Shown piece after piece: positions 59,021 to 64,000 of a DNA stretch of 64,000 nt. The notes under the pieces are model-generated. The model ran no database searches. It was given only the letters and a program-made list of their open reading frames with translations, and had not been told where the DNA came from. A program made the translations under genes and the position numbers. The stretch is from Flectonema sp. DT1601. Taxonomy: Eukaryota. Every line of letters begins with the position of its first letter. Position 1 is the stretch's first letter. The stretch lies in contig OZ025795.1 in NCBI GenBank assembly GCA_964019425.1, forward strand, positions 992,001 through 1,056,000, given 5' to 3'.

Positions 59021-59669
59021 CGCTTCGCTACACGAACACGAGTGTGTCACGTGGCTGCCGCCGATTTCTTCTTTTGTTGGGGTGGGGGAGGGTGGATGGG
59101 GTGAGCGTGGGGAAGGGTGGTCGGGTTGTGGGATCCGCTTGCGTGGAAAAATTCCTAGCTGCGCTTTCCTACTCGCTGACGGGGATGGGGCGAGGGAGGG
59201 AAAAAACTGTGAAGAAGATGTTTTAATTTAACAATAACAAAAATGTACTCTAATGTAGACAGATAAATGTAACAAAATAACAGATAGTAACAGAATATAC
59301 AGACAGATAAACAGACAGATAAACAAACAAATAAATAAGCAAATAAACAACAATCTAAGAGAGGAATGAAATTAAGAGGAAGTAATTAACAAAAGTAAAC
59401 AAATAAATAAGGAAGAAGAAGGTCAGTCACATACACCGTCTCTTCTACGTCGTCGTCGTCGTCGTCTTCGAAGTCGCCGAAACGCTTCGCTACACGAACA
59501 CGAGTGTGTCACGTGGCTGCCGCCGATTTCTTCTTTTGTTGGGGTGGGGGAGGGTGGATGGGGTGAGCGTGGGGAAGGGTGGTCGGGTTGTGGGATCCGC
59601 TTGCGTGGAAAAATTCCTAGCTGCGCTTTCCTACTCGCTGACGGGGATGGGGCGAGGGAGGGAAAAAAC
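59021..59669. repeat. 187-bp direct repeat (59021-59207 / 59483-59669), G-tract-rich on +
   Basis: Identical blocks at an offset of 462 bp. Confidence 0.97.
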
Positions 59670-59707
59670 AATAAAGTACAGAAACTGTAGCTTTAGAATC
59701 GTTGGTT
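59669..59707 (-). ncRNA. Spliced-leader (mini-exon) 39-nt exon without SL intron; retro-copied SL rather than a functional SL RNA gene
   Basis: The minus strand reads AACCAACGATTCTAAAGCTACAGTTTCTGTACTTTATTG. It has the euglenozoan 39-nt length, the conserved CAGTTTCTGTACTTTATTG 3' half and the diplonemid-type AACCAACGAT start. No GT donor follows. Confidence 0.93.
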
Positions 59708-59912
59708 TTTTGAGGGATAGAGAGGCAGGTAAGTGGGAGAGCAAACCCTCGGAACCAGCGATCCTTATGATGTATGAATGCGTGCTAAAAATATAAACCA
59801 CATCAACAGTCTTAAGCTGGTTTTACAGGTCCCACGATTACCCGTCGCCATGGCGAAGAAAAGATAAGTAAATTATAACTCATGATGGCTCACAAGGTCA
59901 CGTTTTGTTTTG

Positions 59913-59945
<33 letters not shown>

Positions 59946-60092
59946 CCCCATTTCTTTTTAACCCCTGAGTAGTATAGTAAGCTCGTTCGCAGTGTTCCCT
60001 GGGCACGCATTGGTTCTTTTCTTTTGCTCACCCTTTTTTTTTTTTTTTTTTTTTTTTTTTCCCTTTCACTTTTTTTCACATGTTCCTTCTTC

Positions 60093-60431
60093 CTAGTCGT
60101 CGTCTTCTTCGTTACCTGAGCATGACCGTGTTAGGCTCCCTGTTCCTACTCTCCTCTTGTTTCCAAACACTTGCTTCCGCAGCCTACCTCTATTACTCCG
60201 CCGTCTCACCAGCTCTCTCGCAAAGTTCCCTAATGTCTTCGAACCCGACGACGACGCGTCTGTACTACTCAGATACAGAAGGTCCCGGTCAGCTCCAGCC
60301 GGTCCCTTCCGCGCCTTGTCATGGGCTCTCCTTCTCTTCGTCTTCGTCTTTTTCGCCTCCTTGGCGAGTTTGGCTTTCAGCGCGGCCAGATCACAGCATT
60401 GGTCGAAGTCGCATTTGCTACAGTTTACCAT
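60093..60431 (-). CDS. Possible small basic protein with an N-terminal Cys cluster
   Basis: 112-aa ATG ORF (CSKC..CC, K/R-rich). No recognised homology. Confidence 0.3.
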   Translation of the reverse strand: MVNCSKCDFDQCCDLAALKAKLAKEAKKTKTKRRRAHDKARKGPAGADRDLLYLSSTDASSSGSKTLGNFARELVRRRSNRGRLRKQVFGNKRRVGTGSLTRSCSGNEEDDD

Positions 60432-60678
60432 TTTCTTATTTATTATTTAAAAAAAGGAAACAATCAGTTTAGCGTCTCGATCAGGACGGAAAATAGAAAG
60501 TAATCGACATAGTTGATCGATAGAAAAAAAACAATGATAACATTGTTTATTCTTTTTTTTTTTTTTGGGAAAACCTACAGATCCACCCCCAGGTTTGGAG
60601 AAACGTACACTACGGTCACGGCCTTGTGTAGCATTTTCGACCCCAGAAGATTAAATAAAAAAAAACTTTTTTTGCATG

Positions 60679-60757
60679 TCACCACTGGTTTAGTGGTAGA
60701 TCTTTGGACTTGCATTCGCCAGGCTGCAGGTTCGAATCCGTGTCGGTCGTTTTTTTT
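60679..60757 (+). promoter_or_regulatory. tRNA-like Pol III unit (A box, B box, T-run) inside the left MULE end
   Basis: TGGTTTAGTGG ... GGTTCGAATCC ... TTTTTTTT. No paired acceptor stem. Confidence 0.65.
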
Positions 60758-60989
60758 CCCCCCCCCTTTTTTTTGCTTCCACGTCATGTGATTTAACTGA
60801 GAACGATGCGGTGAATATCGACCAGACAGTAGACTACACAAACTACACAATCTTGACACAAACAGAGAGGAAGGGTTGTGTGTGCTTCCATAAAAACACA
60901 CAGTCTACAAAAAAGACATGCACGTTTTAAATCAAAACGTGAACAAAAAAGATAAAAGCTAGTAGTTAAATGTACAAAGGAGCCAGTGA

Positions 60990-62792
60990 TTATCTGATGG
61001 AATCGGGATTGCTTGAAGATGATGATGTCGACATGTCACGCTTCTTCCTCTTCCCTACAATGCGGGAAGCTCCTTCCGAAGGACCGTAGCGACAACTACG
61101 GCTGTTGTGCCCATGCCTTCTACACTTGCCACATTTATTCGGTATTGTCTCACCTGCACTGCGGATGCGAGTCTTCTTCGGCCTGCCTACACCCTTCCTC
61201 ACTTCAGGTGGTAGTGTTCCATCAGATGTGGTGTCATGCGCGGGTTCAGGCTTCAGTGTGAGTTGATAGAGGCTGTCATAGGAAGTTGTCCACAGGTATG
61301 CTGGGCACACACGGCTGTCTGTCAATGTGTTTATATCCAGGTGCGCTGCAACTCTCAGAATATGCATGCAAGGCAGGTTGTAGCGCCTGTAACTTGGACA
61401 GCTACATGTAAAGGGATGCCCTTCCTTCACAACAGAACCTGTTTGGGGTTGGTTTGGCTTGCCAACTTCAAACTCACCGTCTTCGAGGCTTGTGACTTGA
61501 TACGTGAAAGCCACAGTTTCCTCACGTATCTTTTGCTCGATCGGTGGGATCGGTCTGTTGGTTGAGGTTTGTTCGGAGAATGCACCTCGCCTCTCCGCGA
61601 GCTTGTCGGTCAACCACCTTCGAGTCTGCTGGATCAGAGTTAAAACTGACCCCTCGCGTGCCGGCTTCAGCAAAGAGTTTATGCTTTCCACGGCGTTGCT
61701 GGTGTAGGTATCACACCTCGCAACATCATCTGGCCAGTAAGCATCTGCCCATCGCTTCATATCGGTGTTCTTGAGGTACCGATGGGCCTTCTTCCCGTGT
61801 TGCTGCTTAACATCCTTCAGCACCTCCACCACCTTCGTGCTGTCCGCCTTCGCCAGTTCCCACACTGTTTTTGTGGCTTCTTGCTTCGTCAGGCTAGTCT
61901 CCACAGCAACATTCTTAACCAGGTGGTTAATACAAATAGCGTGGTGGCGAATGGTGTCGTCCAACGACGTGTCGGACTCCAGTCCCTTCTGCCTGTCGGA
62001 GAACAGTGTAAATCGGGATAGTCGATTTCCATACACAGCCAGTATTTTTCTGTTGTGGAGTGTCCACGACTGCAAGTCCTCCGACGCGGATATTGTGAAC
62101 CCCAATGGCAGGAGCTTCCTGTTGGCGTCCAGACCCAGGGTCACTAGTAACACACCGCGAAATGACCCATAAAGGCCACATGCGTCAGAGAAGATTACCG
62201 GTAGCAGGTAATCAATTGCCACAGGTGGCAGAAACGCCCAGAAGCAGCTGGCGAAAACCAAATCCCTGCGTCGTTCAATGGAGAATGTCATCTCCGGATT
62301 TTTTTCTTTTAGGGCTTCGAAGTATGATTGGAGCTGCCCATACTCCGACCCTCGCTTTCCATACACCTTCTCCTTCGCTATCGTTAACCCCTTTTCCACG
62401 GTGCCTTTCTTCACCGGAATATCCCTGAAGCTCTTCAGGTCAACTGCAGCGGCTTTAGGCCCGTAGTCTGGAAAACTACGCACCTTTTCCTCCAGCACCG
62501 ATGCCACCCACTCTGCTACTCCATCCCCTTCTCTGTTGCACAAGCCAGGGGAACATGTGTGAGCTTTCACCTCCCTCACCTGGAGCTCACCTTCCTTGAC
62601 TACCGCCTTCACAACATACAAGCAGTCTTCTTCATTCTTGCATACCAGGGTGGTTCGGTTGCGATCACTCCTTTTCACCCTGAAGGTGTGGCCGTGCGTT
62701 GTTGACCACTCAAATACCCTGGCCTTCAGCGCTATGACGGTGGCAAACACTTCACCTTCCGACACCTGCAGTTGTGCAACGTTGTTGTTCAT
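60990..62792 (-). CDS. MuDR/MULE transposase (600 aa, apparently intact)
   Basis: N-terminal C..C..HTC, FSDACGL, FSDRQKGL, CINH, TSNAVESIN, SWIM (CSC......LPCMH) and a C-terminal CGKC...GHN...C knuckle. Confidence 0.95.
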   Translation of the reverse strand: MNNNVAQLQVSEGEVFATVIALKARVFEWSTTHGHTFRVKRSDRNRTTLVCKNEEDCLYVVKAVVKEGELQVREVKAHTCSPGLCNREGDGVAEWVASVLEEKVRSFPDYGPKAAAVDLKSFRDIPVKKGTVEKGLTIAKEKVYGKRGSEYGQLQSYFEALKEKNPEMTFSIERRRDLVFASCFWAFLPPVAIDYLLPVIFSDACGLYGSFRGVLLVTLGLDANRKLLPLGFTISASEDLQSWTLHNRKILAVYGNRLSRFTLFSDRQKGLESDTSLDDTIRHHAICINHLVKNVAVETSLTKQEATKTVWELAKADSTKVVEVLKDVKQQHGKKAHRYLKNTDMKRWADAYWPDDVARCDTYTSNAVESINSLLKPAREGSVLTLIQQTRRWLTDKLAERRGAFSEQTSTNRPIPPIEQKIREETVAFTYQVTSLEDGEFEVGKPNQPQTGSVVKEGHPFTCSCPSYRRYNLPCMHILRVAAHLDINTLTDSRVCPAYLWTTSYDSLYQLTLKPEPAHDTTSDGTLPPEVRKGVGRPKKTRIRSAGETIPNKCGKCRRHGHNSRSCRYGPSEGASRIVGKRKKRDMSTSSSSSNPDSIR

Positions 62793-62887
62793 TTGAAACT
62801 TAAGGATTAATAACTAACGGGGGGTTAAAAAAAAAAATGACGCAACCGGGACTCGAACCGACGCAGCTGGAAAAAAATTGAGCGGGG

Positions 62888-62966
62888 AAAAAAGTACCCC
62901 CGGGGGATTCGAACCCGCGACCCCCCGAATGTCAACCCGCTACCAACACCACTGTGCTATCCCGGA
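62888..62966 (-). promoter_or_regulatory. tRNA-like Pol III unit inside the right MULE end (extra B box near 62850)
   Basis: Minus strand TAGCACAGTGG ... GGTTCGAATCC ... TTTTTT. A second GGTTCGAGTCC plus T-run lies further inward. Confidence 0.65.
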
Positions 62967-63081
62967 TTTCAAAAAATCGGCGCTCGGAATAGAGGGGCAA
63001 AGATTTTTGACACGAGCTTCACAAGGCCGTGACCGTAGTATACGTTTCTCCAAACCTGGGGGTGGATCTGTAGGTTTGCCC

Positions 63082-63478
63082 TTTTTTTTTTTTTTTTTTT
63101 CTTTATTTTTTAAAGAAAAAACAATCAGTTTAGCATCTTGACCAGGACGGAAAATTGTAAGTAATCGACATTGTTTATTCTTTTTTTTTTATTTATTTTA
63201 AATTCTTTTTATTTATTTTTTAAAGAAAAAAAAAACGGAAAATAGAAATTAGTCGACAAAGTCGAACGATAAAAAAAAAAACAATGATAACATTGTTTAT
63301 TCTTTTTTTTGTATTTTTTTTATATTCTTTTTTATTAATTTTGAAAAAAAAAACAATCAGTTTAGCGTCTTGACCAGGACGGAAAATAGAAAGTAATCGA
63401 CATAGTCGATCGATAAAAAAACAATGATAACATTGTTTATTCTTTTTTTTTTATTTTAAATTCTTTTTATTTATTTTT
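63082..63478. repeat. AT-rich repeat array (AACAATCAGTTTAGCGTCTTGACCAGGACGGAAAATAGAAAGTAATCGACATAGTCGATCG...), also at 43981-44080, 60438-60566 and inverted at 42606-42890
   Basis: Direct sequence comparison of the copies. Confidence 0.88.
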
Positions 63479-64000
63479 GGGAAAACCCCTAATTCCACAA
63501 AAATAGTTTGCGAAATCGCCAACTCATCACAAAAATTTTAACCACTCGAAACAACCCAACATGACGGGAAAGTTTTCAGAATTTTCGGAGCTCCGGTGGT
63601 CTACTGGTTATGACCGCCGAATCATGACCCGGAGGTCTCGGGTTCGAACCCCGTGACATCCTTTTTTCTCTTTTTCGTAATGACGGAAAATGTGACCAAA
63701 ACATAGTCAAAGGGCGGATTGATCACCTACTGGTCGAGTTGAGACATATTCCCGTTGCAATAAATCACCAAGACCCCTCCCGTGTGATCGATCACTTTAA
63801 AATGTTACTGTGCAGTTCACCAGTGAGACTAAGACCTCCAACCAAAATTCACCAGACTTCAAGCAGCATTCCAAATTAGGTAATTTTTGTCAGGCATATT
63901 CGAACCATCGACAACAGAAATTCTCACGTTAGTAAAAGCCTTTAGAAATGTGGCTTAACGATCCTCATCATCGATTTAGGTTCGTGACTCAGAAGCCTTC
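63479..64000. mobile_element. Probable terminus of a second MULE-like element, with a tRNA-like unit at 63590-63667
   Basis: Begins GGGAAAACC after a T run in the same repeat family. Contains A box TGGTCTACTGG, B box GGTTCGAACCC and a T-run. The other end lies outside the window. Confidence 0.55.

Larger units (their letters stand above)
60567..63081 (-). mobile_element. Mutator (MULE) transposon, 2515 bp, TIRs of about 62 bp, inserted in a poly-T run
   Basis: GGGAAAACCTACAGATCCACCCCCAGGTTTGGAGAAACGTA... and its inverse ending ...GGATCTGTAGGTTTGCCC. T runs flank both sides. Confidence 0.95.

Noticed and set aside
44459..59720. TGAGGGATAG at 44459 and 59711 as the retroelement TSD
   Set aside because: Only 10 nt match, and the sequences diverge before the poly(A) junction. 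Not a clean TSD, so the 5' boundary is left open.
59669..59850. Functional SL RNA gene
   Set aside because: No GT donor or SL intron follows the exon, and it is not in a tandem SL array.
60679..63667. Genuine tRNA genes at 60679, 62966 and 63590
   Set aside because: A and B boxes are present, but acceptor and anticodon stems do not pair convincingly.

Overview
Eukaryotic, AT-rich, intron-containing DNA, most likely from a diplonemid (Euglenozoa). The evidence is a 39-nt euglenozoan spliced-leader (SL) exon at 59669-59707, a receptor-type adenylate cyclase, and all host genes lying on one strand. Positions 1-37.8 kb form a minus-strand gene cluster: a secreted protein with at least 10 tandem DOMON domains, a coiled-coil protein, TMEM222/RTE1-like, MCM4, a Q-rich CCAR1/DBC1-like protein, an adenylate cyclase, three cold-shock-domain paralogs, a Lys-rich orphan and an Sfi1-like protein. 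From about 38 kb onward the window is a nest of mobile elements: a pogo/Polinton-polB chimeric relic, a (TTTA)n tract, a MITE, a HERO-like endonuclease fragment, a hAT, and a Mutator whose ends carry tRNA-like Pol III boxes. The most notable element is a giant CRE/SLACS-like non-LTR retrotransposon. Removing a hAT insertion (7-bp TSD) restores a single 2840-codon ORF: Zn fingers-OTU-Zn fingers-RT-CCHC-RLE-USP(C19)-RNaseH-like-2x hybrid-binding domain-RNaseH-like-acidic/basic tail. Upstream of it, an SL exon is fused exactly at a splice-acceptor junction, which indicates a genomic copy of a trans-spliced RNA. All domain calls come from motif recognition by eye; no searches were run.
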